From IMG/VR virus record IMGVR_UViG_3300038829_000187, positions 1 to 44,479 of that record: a stretch of 44,479 bases of DNA. The stretch is one strand, 5' to 3'. The notes under the pieces are model-generated. The model searched no databases. It worked only from the letters and a program-made list of their open reading frames with translations, and was not told where the DNA came from. Shown one piece after another: positions 36,731 to 44,479 of this stretch. A program made the position numbers and the translations under genes. The stretch is from a virus (lineage: Duplodnaviria; Caudoviricetes). Each line of letters begins with the position of its first letter. Position 1 is the stretch's first letter.

Positions 36731-37042
36731 AAACGCCCTGTAGATTCCCTACTGGCGGAAGATTGGCGGAAAACCCGTCTTCCAAGAGAAAAGGGCTTAC
36801 AGCATTCTATGCCGTAAACCCTTGAAAAGAAGCGAGTGCCGGAGACAGGACTTGAACCTGCACTGTATTGCTACAACCAGGCCCTCAACCTAAAGCCTGT
36901 CCACTTCTCTTTCAGGGTATCTACAGGGATGTTTCCTACAAGTGATTGGAATGAGGGCTCTTTCCATCAAGAGCCCATTGCAATCACATTGTAGGCACAG
37001 GGAGACGAAAGGGGCAATGCTGGCGGAAATTTGGCGGAAGAA
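36731..37042. mobile_element. attP region: arm-type repeats and hairpins around a tRNA-derived core
   Basis: Paired TGGCGGAA direct repeats at 36753-36771 and 37021-37039; inverted CCCTGTAGAT/ATCTACAGGG at 36736 and 36919; hairpins at 36791-36823 and 36935-36995. Confidence 0.8.
36837..36891 (-). tRNA. 3' half of tRNA-Leu(GAG) (attP core, not a functional tRNA)
   Basis: Minus strand AGG-TT-GAG-GG-CCTGG, long variable arm, GCAGG-TTCAAGT-CCTGT T-arm, CTCCGGCA acceptor half; no D-arm or 5' half. Confidence 0.85.
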
Positions 37043-37049
37043 AGACACG

Positions 37050-37322
37050 CTAGGATGGGCCGTAACTGCGGAGCCGTTGTAGCTCCTCGTGGCTGATGAG
37101 CCACTCCCCGCCCTTCCCGCGTCCGCAAGCTTTCTTTATAGCTTTTACCCTCCCCAAGCGGCAATACTCCCGCACGGTGTACTCGGCCTTACCAATTATC
37201 TCGGCAATCTCAGCGGTACTATACATCGCCTTGACCGTCTTTTCCTGGATCAAGGTGGCGAGCATTTGCTCGATGCGGTCGAGCCGTTCAGGAAGGTCGG
37301 GCCAATCATTCTTGGGTTGCAT
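37050..37322 (-). CDS. Excisionase-like HTH protein
   Basis: YSTAEIAEIIGKAEYTVREYCRLGRV...WLISHEEL; lies on the far side of attP from the integrase. Confidence 0.85.
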   Translation of the reverse strand: MQPKNDWPDLPERLDRIEQMLATLIQEKTVKAMYSTAEIAEIIGKAEYTVREYCRLGRVKAIKKACGRGKGGEWLISHEELQRLRSYGPS

Positions 37323-37484
37323 GGGTGCTCCTAGACTCCGTTTCTGGATCGTTCTTCTGGCTCAGCAGGGCGTGGAAGTGATCGAGGCAAAGATCGCCGT
37401 TCACCACTCCGCGGACGGTGATGACTCTTTTCTTTTCGGAATTATCCCCTTTACAAACCACGGCGAGGGGGGTAGTCTCAGGGC

Positions 37485-38399
37485 ATGACTACTCCACACC
37501 TCACCGAACTCTGGGAAATGACAGAAGAGGAAGCCCGTACCTACCTTGAAAGTGTCCGGTGGCCGGACGGTGCTGTCTGCCCTCACTGTGAATCGAAGAA
37601 GGTAACGTACTTGAACGGGAAGGCCACCCGCGCCGGAGTGTACAAGTGCAAAGATTGCCGGAAGCAATTCACGGTCACGGTGAACACTATTTTCCATCGT
37701 TCCCACATTCCGCTCAAAAAGTGGGTCATTGCCTTCCACATGCTGTGCAGTTCTAAGAAAGGAATTTCCGCATTGCAGTTACAGAGGAACCTTAAACTGG
37801 AATCGTACGAGTCTGCATGGCACATGGCGCACCGTATCCGCTATGCAATGACAGAAGGCCCGATGGCAACACTTCTGAAAGGAACCGTGGAAGTGGATGA
37901 AACGTACATAGGCGGAAAGCCGAGGATAAAAGGAGTGAGCAAGAGAGGACGCGGGACAAAGAAAACTCCTGTCCTCGCTCTAGTGTCCCGTGATGGTTCT
38001 GCAAATTCTTTCCCCGTAGAACGGGTGAGCGGGAAAACATTGAAAACTGCGATCAGAGAAAACGTGGAGAGCAGTGCAAGAATCCTCACCGATGAACTAC
38101 CCTCTTACGGCGGGATCGGGAAAGAGTTTGAGGGAGGACATGAAACCGTGAACCATGGCCGCAAGGAATACGCCCGCGGGGATGTAAACACGAACTCAGT
38201 TGAATCATACTTCGCCCTATTAAAGAGGGGCGTACACGGAACGTTCCACCACATTTCTAAGCGACACTTGCCCCGCTACTGTGAAGAGTTCGCCTTCCGA
38301 TGGTCACACAGAAAAGAGAGTGACAGTGAGAGGGCGTTGGCTGCCTTACTTCAAACCAGCGGAAAGAGGCTAACCTATCGAGATATGATTGCCGGATGA
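37485..38399 (+). CDS. IS1595 (ISXO2-like) DDE transposase
   Basis: RWPDG..CPHC Zn ribbon, VEVDETYIGG, ILTDE, VNH..EY, TNSVESYF, YCEEFAFR. Confidence 0.96.
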   Translation: MTTPHLTELWEMTEEEARTYLESVRWPDGAVCPHCESKKVTYLNGKATRAGVYKCKDCRKQFTVTVNTIFHRSHIPLKKWVIAFHMLCSSKKGISALQLQRNLKLESYESAWHMAHRIRYAMTEGPMATLLKGTVEVDETYIGGKPRIKGVSKRGRGTKKTPVLALVSRDGSANSFPVERVSGKTLKTAIRENVESSARILTDELPSYGGIGKEFEGGHETVNHGRKEYARGDVNTNSVESYFALLKRGVHGTFHHISKRHLPRYCEEFAFRWSHRKESDSERALAALLQTSGKRLTYRDMIAG

Positions 38400-38523
38400 T
38401 GGAGTTTCGGAAAAACCCATCATCATAATGGGATTTTGAAAAAGTCCTTGCATAAGGAAATGGGGCGGTCTATGATCGAGTAGTCCTTGCAAGACGACTC
38501 TTTCATTCCTACCCCAAGTTTCC

Positions 38524-38904
38524 ATGACCAGCGTAAACAAACGGCTTCTACAAGTCAAGATTAAGCAGCGCGACGATGCGAAAGGAAAGTTCGATGAACT
38601 GGAAAGGGCTGTACAAGCACTAGTTATCGCTGCTGAGATCGAGGAAAGCGAAGGAATACAAGAAAACAGTCCTAAGATTTATCAACCGAAAAATAGTTGG
38701 AAGCAGATGGGAAAAGAGCGAACGAAAAAAGTAACCGAGATGCTCAGCGCTGCCGCCGGGGAACTCCATTTTAACTATCTGGCAAAACAACTCGGCCTAA
38801 AACCAATTACTATGAAAGACTGGATGCTTTCGCAGATAGAAAGGAAAAAGGATCGCTGCCCGTGGAAAGTGGGCAAGAATAAGTCGTACTACGTTCTCCG
38901 GTAG
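38524..38904 (+). CDS. IS passenger, possible winged-helix protein
   Basis: Coiled coil, then ELHFNYLAKQLGLKPITMKDWM; C-rich leader. Confidence 0.55.
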   Translation: MTSVNKRLLQVKIKQRDDAKGKFDELERAVQALVIAAEIEESEGIQENSPKIYQPKNSWKQMGKERTKKVTEMLSAAAGELHFNYLAKQLGLKPITMKDWMLSQIERKKDRCPWKVGKNKSYYVLR

Positions 38905-38931
38905 GAGAACATTTCCCGCTCTTTCAAAGGA

Positions 38932-39042
38932 CGTATTGATCCCCTCGGAGAGTTAGCAATCGGGAAAGGCCTCGCTGTTAACGAGTAACCTTTCCGCTAG
39001 CAACGATTGGACTGACGAGTCACCTCCGAGGGGATCTATGCG
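38932..39042 (+). ncRNA. Candidate structured RNA inside the IS
   Basis: Outer stem GATCCCCTCGGAG/CTCCGAGGGGATC; inner GGAAAGG/CCTTTCC and GACT/AGTC stems. Strand not established. Confidence 0.45.
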
Positions 39043-39139
39043 CCCCGATTGTAACACGCCGTATCCATAGAGTATACTGCCCTTCGATGCCTCCAGATAG
39101 TAATAATCGCCGAAAGAAAGAACTGAAGCCCATTTCCCT

Positions 39140-39436
39140 ATGGCCTCTCACTCCGAAAGATGCTCTGAGAGCGGCAATGCAGACACAGTTACCGAAACCG
39201 AAGAAGCACAAAAAGCACTGAAGATTTTTCCGAGCACCTGTGATACGATGATGTCCATGGCAGTTGCTGACAATAAGGCAATAAGTTGGGCGTTTCTCGT
39301 GGGGTTCGTTGTCTTTATAGGTACGGCTTTTTTGCCACTGTTCCCGGCAGACATGTCCTTTGGGACTTCTTTCATTATTTCGCTTGTCGCTTGTTTCGCG
39401 GTAGCCATCCCTGTTTATAACATCGCTAAAAAGTAA
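39140..39436 (+). CDS. IS passenger, two-TM membrane protein
   Basis: Two hydrophobic helices; C-rich leader. Confidence 0.55.
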   Translation: MASHSERCSESGNADTVTETEEAQKALKIFPSTCDTMMSMAVADNKAISWAFLVGFVVFIGTAFLPLFPADMSFGTSFIISLVACFAVAIPVYNIAKK

Positions 39437-39587
39437 CCTGTTCATGGTTTGTTAAGGAGACAAATCCGAACTATTTTGTTTGCGGGGTGAAAATTGATGG
39501 GGCGCTACTTCGAACCTTTCAATCGGAAAAAGGACAACAACTCCAAAAAGATTGTCAAACTTTACCGAATTCACATTCTGGGCAATG

Positions 39588-39618
39588 AAAAAAAGCCCCT
39601 CCCTTGCGAGGAGGGGCT
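39588..39618 (-). terminator. Rho-independent terminator
   Basis: Minus strand AGCCCCTCC-loop-GGAGGGGCTTTTTTT after the 39644..39973 gene. Confidence 0.8.
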
Positions 39619-39643
39619 GCCCCTTCACCGGGCATCCTGCCCG

Positions 39644-39973
39644 TTACTGCTGAGGTTCCTCGCCCCCTTGCTCCTCTGCCTGGGACGCCAACCACTGGTA
39701 CGCCTGGGCCAAACCGATGGAAGCGGCTGGCATGGCGTCCTCGGCGATGAAGTTCGTCCACTCCCGCTTGTCGCCGGACTGGAACGACTGCTGCAACGTC
39801 ACCGTGTACGTCTCGAAGTCACCGTTTTTGCCTTTGTTGACCCGTTCCCAGACCGTGACCGAGAGAGTGCCCCCTCGGACGCGGTAGTACAGGCGGTGAA
39901 CGACCTTCGACTTGTTTTCCTGCTTGGGCGGGGCTTGGGTTGCCCCATTACCGTTTCGTTGGAATCGACGCAT
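39644..39973 (-). CDS. Putative ssDNA-binding (PC4/SpoVG-like) protein
   Basis: LSVTVWE...YTVTLQQSF...W.....D......LAQAYQW pattern; acidic tail; AGGAG SD. Confidence 0.55.
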   Translation of the reverse strand: MRRFQRNGNGATQAPPKQENKSKVVHRLYYRVRGGTLSVTVWERVNKGKNGDFETYTVTLQQSFQSGDKREWTNFIAEDAMPAASIGLAQAYQWLASQAEEQGGEEPQQ

Positions 39974-40012
39974 GCGATACTCCTTGGTTGAGACTAGCGT
40001 TTCCTGCCGTGG

Positions 40013-40780
40013 CTACGTTGCCATGGCAAAGTCAGGCTCTTCTTGCGTGGCGACCTGAGAGAACAGGTCTGACAGCCTAATCGTGAGGTGGGCAAACTGT
40101 TGCGGGTTGGTCTTTTGCCGGTCGGCCAGAATTGTCGTGTGAGCATTGTAGAGGCTCCACAAGGTGCGAGGCTCGAACTCTTCGTAACTCGGTTTCTCCC
40201 ATTCCGCGATGACGCGGGGCAGTAGCTGTGTGCTGATGATTTCCTTCCGGTAGGCCCGGAGGATCAGCGACTCGGCTACCACCTGGGTGATTTCCGTGTT
40301 CTGAAGGCGTCCGATCCTCTCCCCTTCGGCCTCTTGGAATGACACGAGATTCTGGATGGCCATGGTGATGGCCTCATGAAATCGGATTTGCCCATTCCTC
40401 GTGTGCTTTCTGCGGACGTTGATCAGGTCGGCCCGAAAGGCCATGTTCGAACATACGAACACACGATGGCCGGCCACTAGCCCTAGCGGGATTGACCGAT
40501 CTTGGGCTGACCTGATTCCGACACAAAGGTTGACGCCTGTTGCCACGGACGTGGAAAGATCCAGAGTCCCAAAGAAGCGATCGTCGTGGCGGGACAGTGC
40601 AAGCTCGTACTTCTCAACGCGGAAGTTTGCTTGCTCCAGCAGAGACTTGCAATCCCGAAACACCTGGTGGTGTGGAACGGGAAAGTACGTCTCGGTGGGT
40701 GGCGGACAGGGGACAGCTTCAAGTGTCGCCAAGTCCACCTTGCGTGCGCCGTTGTAGGCGACCAAAGCGGATGTGCTCAT
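40013..40780 (-). CDS. DUF932-family protein
   Basis: PVPHHQV, RFFGTLDL, GIRSAQD, G.RVFVCSNMAF, RRKHT and RTLWSLYNAHT motifs; GAGGAGG SD. Confidence 0.85.
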   Translation of the reverse strand: MSTSALVAYNGARKVDLATLEAVPCPPPTETYFPVPHHQVFRDCKSLLEQANFRVEKYELALSRHDDRFFGTLDLSTSVATGVNLCVGIRSAQDRSIPLGLVAGHRVFVCSNMAFRADLINVRRKHTRNGQIRFHEAITMAIQNLVSFQEAEGERIGRLQNTEITQVVAESLILRAYRKEIISTQLLPRVIAEWEKPSYEEFEPRTLWSLYNAHTTILADRQKTNPQQFAHLTIRLSDLFSQVATQEEPDFAMAT

Positions 40781-40868
40781 ACTCCTCCTCGATGGTGTGA
40801 AAGGGACGATGCAGCAGCTCCTTCGCTGTTGCATGAGGAGGATAGACCTGTGATGAGCAGAGGAGCAA

Positions 40869-41189
40869 TTAGCTCTTCATGAGGCTATATGCCGCCGTAG
40901 ACTCAAAGAACACCGTGAAGGAGAGCAAAAGGGTCTGCGTGTCGAAGGTCGGCGGAATGCCAGTCTTGTACCAGACGGAGAGAAGGCTGAGTCCGACGCA
41001 GAGAAAGGCGACGAAACAGCGAATGGCCATCGTTCGGCCGGGAGCGACGGAATCGCATAACCACTGAAAGAACTTCAGCTTGCCAAGCCCTGGAATTCTT
41101 TTCGCTTGCTTCAATGCTTCGGTGATGGCAGTGATGACGGTCGCCATGGTGATGGTGTAGCCGCTGAATTCGGCAATCGACATGTCCAT
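40869..41189 (-). CDS. Holin-like membrane protein
   Basis: VITAITEALK motif and 2-3 TM segments; last gene of the lysis cassette. Confidence 0.55.
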   Translation of the reverse strand: MDMSIAEFSGYTITMATVITAITEALKQAKRIPGLGKLKFFQWLCDSVAPGRTMAIRCFVAFLCVGLSLLSVWYKTGIPPTFDTQTLLLSFTVFFESTAAYSLMKS

Positions 41190-41215
41190 ATAAGAAGGGG
41201 GGAGGGGGGGTAAAA

Positions 41216-41827
41216 CTATGAACGCAAGCGGTCTTCGAGCCGCTTGATAACGAAATTGATCAGGCCCACGGTGGCTGGGTCTGTTGTGTTTCCCAATCGC
41301 CGGTAGAGTCCGCGAAGGCGAATCTCAGGGGGGATGGGCTTGTATTGCGTCGGCTGGTCGATTGCGGGGATCTCACCTCGGATGAGTCGGGCGAGCTGGA
41401 AGAGCGGCGTATCGACCGCAACATTGAATTTTTGGAGGTCACTGACAAGTGACTTTGTGTAGTTCAGCGGGTCATTCCTGTCCTCTGCGGGGGCATAAAT
41501 GGAGATGTAGTCGAGGAACGCGAGGTCGAGATAGTCCTTGCGGTGCTTGTCCATGTATCGCTTCACTGATCCTGCTTGCCCGGTGATTTTCAGCCGAATG
41601 TCATCCATGAGTGCCCGAAGGCCGACCTCGTACGATGGGAACTTTGAAAAGCTGCCAAGGCCGGGCACAGCTCCGTAGTAGACCCTCTGGCCGACGGTGT
41701 AGCGAAGGTTGCCTGGGTTGTTGTTGAGGAAGGCAACGGTTCCATTTGGAAACTGCGGGTGTTGGCCGGGGGCGAAGAAGCCTTCATGCTTTTGGTGGGC
41801 CAGTGCTAGTTGACGGAGAAAACTCAT
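41216..41827 (-). CDS. Putative endolysin (NNPGNL lysozyme-like family)
   Basis: HEG, NNNPGNLR, FPSYEVGLRAL and YAPAED.N...Y motifs; lies between two holin-like genes. Confidence 0.7.
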   Translation of the reverse strand: MSFLRQLALAHQKHEGFFAPGQHPQFPNGTVAFLNNNPGNLRYTVGQRVYYGAVPGLGSFSKFPSYEVGLRALMDDIRLKITGQAGSVKRYMDKHRKDYLDLAFLDYISIYAPAEDRNDPLNYTKSLVSDLQKFNVAVDTPLFQLARLIRGEIPAIDQPTQYKPIPPEIRLRGLYRRLGNTTDPATVGLINFVIKRLEDRLRS

Positions 41828-42186
41828 TGATTATCGTTGTCAGAGGGAACCGGGAAGATGGAAGAGACGTGGGCGTTCGGTTCGATCTTTCGCTTGACGG
41901 CGAAGAGAACCATGTCGAGAGCTTGGGTGCCGATGTAGCCGAAGATGCCAGCGGAGATGTAGGTCCACAGTCGTTCGGTCGTGGCGGTGGCGGCGAGGAG
42001 CCCGCCCATCAGTCCACAGAAGCTCGAAATGAACGTGTTGGCTGCAAGCAGGAAGATGAAACGACGTTTGCTGACAGTCTGGCTTCCGCGAATGACGGTC
42101 GAAACGTACTTGACGGCCCCTCCGAATCCAGCGAGGAATCCCCAGGTGACAACCTTCTCGACGGTGGCGGGGTCATGGTCGATCAT
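41824..42186 (-). CDS. Holin (LydA-like)
   Basis: GFGGAVKY, FISSFCGLMGG and AGIFGYIGTQALD; three TM segments. Confidence 0.8.
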   Translation of the reverse strand: MIDHDPATVEKVVTWGFLAGFGGAVKYVSTVIRGSQTVSKRRFIFLLAANTFISSFCGLMGGLLAATATTERLWTYISAGIFGYIGTQALDMVLFAVKRKIEPNAHVSSIFPVPSDNDNQ

Positions 42187-44120
42187 TTTGGCTTGGGGGG
42201 AGTCTTCTTGAGCTTTTTGCCATATTCAATTGCCCGGTCGCCAAGTTTACTGGGGGACTGCAAGGATTTCTGAATCACCGTCCCAGCCGCGGTGCCGGCA
42301 GCCTGCCCCGCAAACCCTCCTGGTAAGCCGCCAACGACCCCACCAACCGCCGCACCAACGGTGCCTGTGATTGCAGGGAGCAAGACCGACCGCACGATGT
42401 CGCCCTGGCGCCCTGCGGTTGGGGCATCGACTTTCGAGAGGAGCTTGGCGTCCTCCAGGAAGTCCACGCTCTCGCCGAGATTCAGGCCAAGGGCTTCGTC
42501 CAGTCTCTTGATGAACGATCGACGAACGCCACGGTTGGTGTTACTAAGGGACTTAATGAACCCTTCCGCGTTGTCGCTGAAGCGGCGAAGGTCGCCTTCT
42601 CCCTGGAGGAGTTGTGTACCGTACTCGCGGAGGAGCTTCTTGGAGCTGGAGAGCTGAGCGTAGGCGTCTCGGAGTTCAAGCGGGAGTAATGGCTGCTGGC
42701 CCTTGCCGCCACGCATTACGTCGTCGAAGCCGTCTTTGAGCTTCATAACCATGGCATGAAACTCTTTGGGCTGCTTCAGTTCTGTCAGTCGGACCGAGTT
42801 GTACGCTTTGTCAAAGGTCTTTTCGAGGTCGAGAAGATCGTCGGCGGTGAAGTTCTTGGCGTTGGCGACGGTGTTCACGAGTTCTTGGATTGCGTCGGTC
42901 TCTTTGCTCGTGAATTTGTTAGCGGGGCCTGGCTTCAATTCGACCTTGAGCCCTACTTTTCCTCCGACTTCCGAAACCTTGAGGCCGACGTTGTGCTCCT
43001 TCTTGAGAATCTCGGCCATGCGTCCGACTCCTTGGGAAACATCAAAGGTGCCACCCTCGTTTGCAGCGACGAAATTTTCTTTGGCTTGCTTGAATGCGTT
43101 CCTTGCATCGTCGTCGTATTTCATCAGCTTTCCGCCCGTCTCCTGGGCGATGCTCGTGTACGGATTGTCGGCGTTCTTGCGAACGATGGTGAGGGCCTCT
43201 TCCATGCGCTCTGGATTCTGTATGGCCCTTTCAAGAACGTCGTCCGATACGTTTGCCCACCGTGCATTCATCTTCAGCAGCTTCGGCTTGAGGTCGGGAA
43301 GGGCCGCTCGAACGGCGTCGGCGGCAAGGGGGGCCTTTGTGGCGATAGCCTCAGCTGTGGCGGGGGCGGTCTTGGGTGACGTGAAGACCGCAATGTCGTT
43401 GAAGATTTCTGCGGGGTTGGTGGCCAATGTTCGGACGATGTTCTCAAAAGACCCATACTTCTTCGTGAACGTCGTGATGGCCTCGCCCAAGGCTTCCTTT
43501 TCGAGCGTGGGTTGCGGTGTTGTGATGCCTGCGGCGTCCAGGCCCATCTCGGTGGCGCCCGCTACTTTCTGTCCAACACCTTCGACGATGGATCTACCCG
43601 CGTCGGCTACGTTGCCGAGAACATCAAGCGGGCCGGTGCTCATGCCTCCAGGCTGTTGGGTGAATGGAACCTTCGCAATCCCCTTCGCTGTTTGGGCCAA
43701 GCCAAGAGCGAAGTTGTACATGCTCTTGAGAGGTCTTCCAGCGACTCCAGACGAGCGAATGTCTCCCTCGGTATATCCACCCTCTGGCGGGGCAATCTCG
43801 CTTCCTAGGTCAACTGCTGGAGGCTGGGAGGCATCCTGTGCCATGGTGGCGGTGAGGTCGTCGGTGCCTTCCTTCTCCCATGAGTTGTAGTAATAGCGGT
43901 TCAGAAGTGAGGACGGGAGTTTCTTCTTGGTGAACGAATCGAGCTGAGCACTGACGATGGGGCTGAAATAGTGATCTGCTGCACGTCGGAATCCTGGATC
44001 GAGCTGATAGGCTTTTGCGAAGGCATGTTCGTCGCCGGCCGATCTCAGGCGGTCGATGTCGGGCTTCTGGAGCGGGATGCTCTTTCCCTGTGGGGCCGAT
44101 GGATCATCGAAGATGGGCAT
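42183..44120 (-). CDS. Internal virion/DNA-ejection protein
   Basis: 645 aa, helical, with a C-terminal Gly-zipper hydrophobic segment (GAAVGGVVGGLPGGFAG); follows the M23 protein. Confidence 0.65.
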   Translation of the reverse strand: MPIFDDPSAPQGKSIPLQKPDIDRLRSAGDEHAFAKAYQLDPGFRRAADHYFSPIVSAQLDSFTKKKLPSSLLNRYYYNSWEKEGTDDLTATMAQDASQPPAVDLGSEIAPPEGGYTEGDIRSSGVAGRPLKSMYNFALGLAQTAKGIAKVPFTQQPGGMSTGPLDVLGNVADAGRSIVEGVGQKVAGATEMGLDAAGITTPQPTLEKEALGEAITTFTKKYGSFENIVRTLATNPAEIFNDIAVFTSPKTAPATAEAIATKAPLAADAVRAALPDLKPKLLKMNARWANVSDDVLERAIQNPERMEEALTIVRKNADNPYTSIAQETGGKLMKYDDDARNAFKQAKENFVAANEGGTFDVSQGVGRMAEILKKEHNVGLKVSEVGGKVGLKVELKPGPANKFTSKETDAIQELVNTVANAKNFTADDLLDLEKTFDKAYNSVRLTELKQPKEFHAMVMKLKDGFDDVMRGGKGQQPLLPLELRDAYAQLSSSKKLLREYGTQLLQGEGDLRRFSDNAEGFIKSLSNTNRGVRRSFIKRLDEALGLNLGESVDFLEDAKLLSKVDAPTAGRQGDIVRSVLLPAITGTVGAAVGGVVGGLPGGFAGQAAGTAAGTVIQKSLQSPSKLGDRAIEYGKKLKKTPPKPK

Positions 44121-44479
44121 TAGGAGTGGTAGGACATGGGATCAACGTACTCGCCGTCCACTTTGATGCGATAGTCGATGTGTGGGCCTGTGGAGTTGCC
44201 CGTGTTCCCAGAGAAACCAATGACCTGGCCCTTCTCGATCTCGGAACCAACCTCCAGGCCCTCGGCGACCTTGGAAAGATGTGAGAGGCGATGGATCGCA
44301 CCTTTTGCATCCATGATGATGAGTGTTCTCCCCCAGCCTCCGTCCCAGCCTTGTTGAATGACCCTGCCTGACACGAACGACGGTACGCGGGTGCCTTCCG
44401 GCATGGCGATGTCGATGCCTCGATGCTGGCCCTTCCAGGCTTTGACGACGGAGGCCGGATAGATGGATGTGTCGATGGC
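44120..44479 (-). CDS. C-terminal M23 (LytM) peptidase domain of the origin-spanning ejection protein
   Basis: HRGIDIAMPEGT (HxxxD), SHL and GNTGNSTGPHIDY motifs typical of Peptidase_M23. Confidence 0.9.
   Translation of the reverse strand, partial: AIDTSIYPASVVKAWKGQHRGIDIAMPEGTRVPSFVSGRVIQQGWDGGWGRTLIIMDAKGAIHRLSHLSKVAEGLEVGSEIEKGQVIGFSGNTGNSTGPHIDYRIKVDGEYVDPMSYHS
44353..44479. repeat. Terminal direct repeat, copy 2 (circular overlap)
   Basis: Identical to 1-127. A length of 127 nt matches a common assembler k-mer. Confidence 0.97.

Larger units (their letters stand above)
37437..39468 (+). mobile_element. IS1595-family element with passenger genes
   Basis: Imperfect TIRs: CGGAATTATCCCCTTTACAAACCA on the left, CGGATTTGTCTCCTTAACAAACCA on the right (reverse complement). 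No TSD seen. Confidence 0.8.

Noticed and set aside
36837-36891. Functional phage tRNA-Leu
   Set aside because: The 5' acceptor strand and D-arm are absent; it is an att core.
29134-40868. Direct repeats or att sites bounding the SD-type block as a discrete inserted element
   Set aside because: No matching repeats were seen by eye at the two junctions, and attP is internal and intact, so the block did not enter through its own integrase. A dot-plot would be needed to be sure.

Overview
A complete circular temperate phage genome of about 44,352 bp. Bases 1-127 repeat at 44353-44479, which looks like an assembly overlap. The virion is podovirus-like: small and large terminase, P22-like portal, scaffold, Mu-gpT-like major capsid, tail adaptor and nozzle, tail fibre/adhesin genes, two ejection-type proteins (one ending in an M23 peptidase, split by the window edge) and a holin-lysin cassette. 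The genome looks like two different halves. The virion, lysis, GroES/GroEL and small-gene regions have C-rich leaders with no Shine-Dalgarno (SD) site, and their proteins look like CPR (Peribacteria/Peregrinibacteria) proteins. A block at about 29.5-40.8 kb has AGGAG SD sites or leaderless starts, and several of its proteins look like Planctomycetota (Gemmataceae) proteins. That block holds an R-M pair, ASCH, sigma-70, a PD-(D/E)XK nuclease, a MutS-N protein, a tyrosine integrase, a tRNA-Leu attP, an excisionase, an SSB-like protein and DUF932. No replication enzymes were recognised, but there is a DnaA-box cluster next to an AT-rich patch. Other notable signals are a probable -1 frameshift fusing a membrane coiled-coil to an amidase/3D hydrolase, signal peptides on several virion-module proteins, a shared N-terminal REHRL motif, and an IS1595 element carrying passenger genes and a structured RNA candidate. 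All taxonomic and family calls come from motif recognition by eye, not from database searches.
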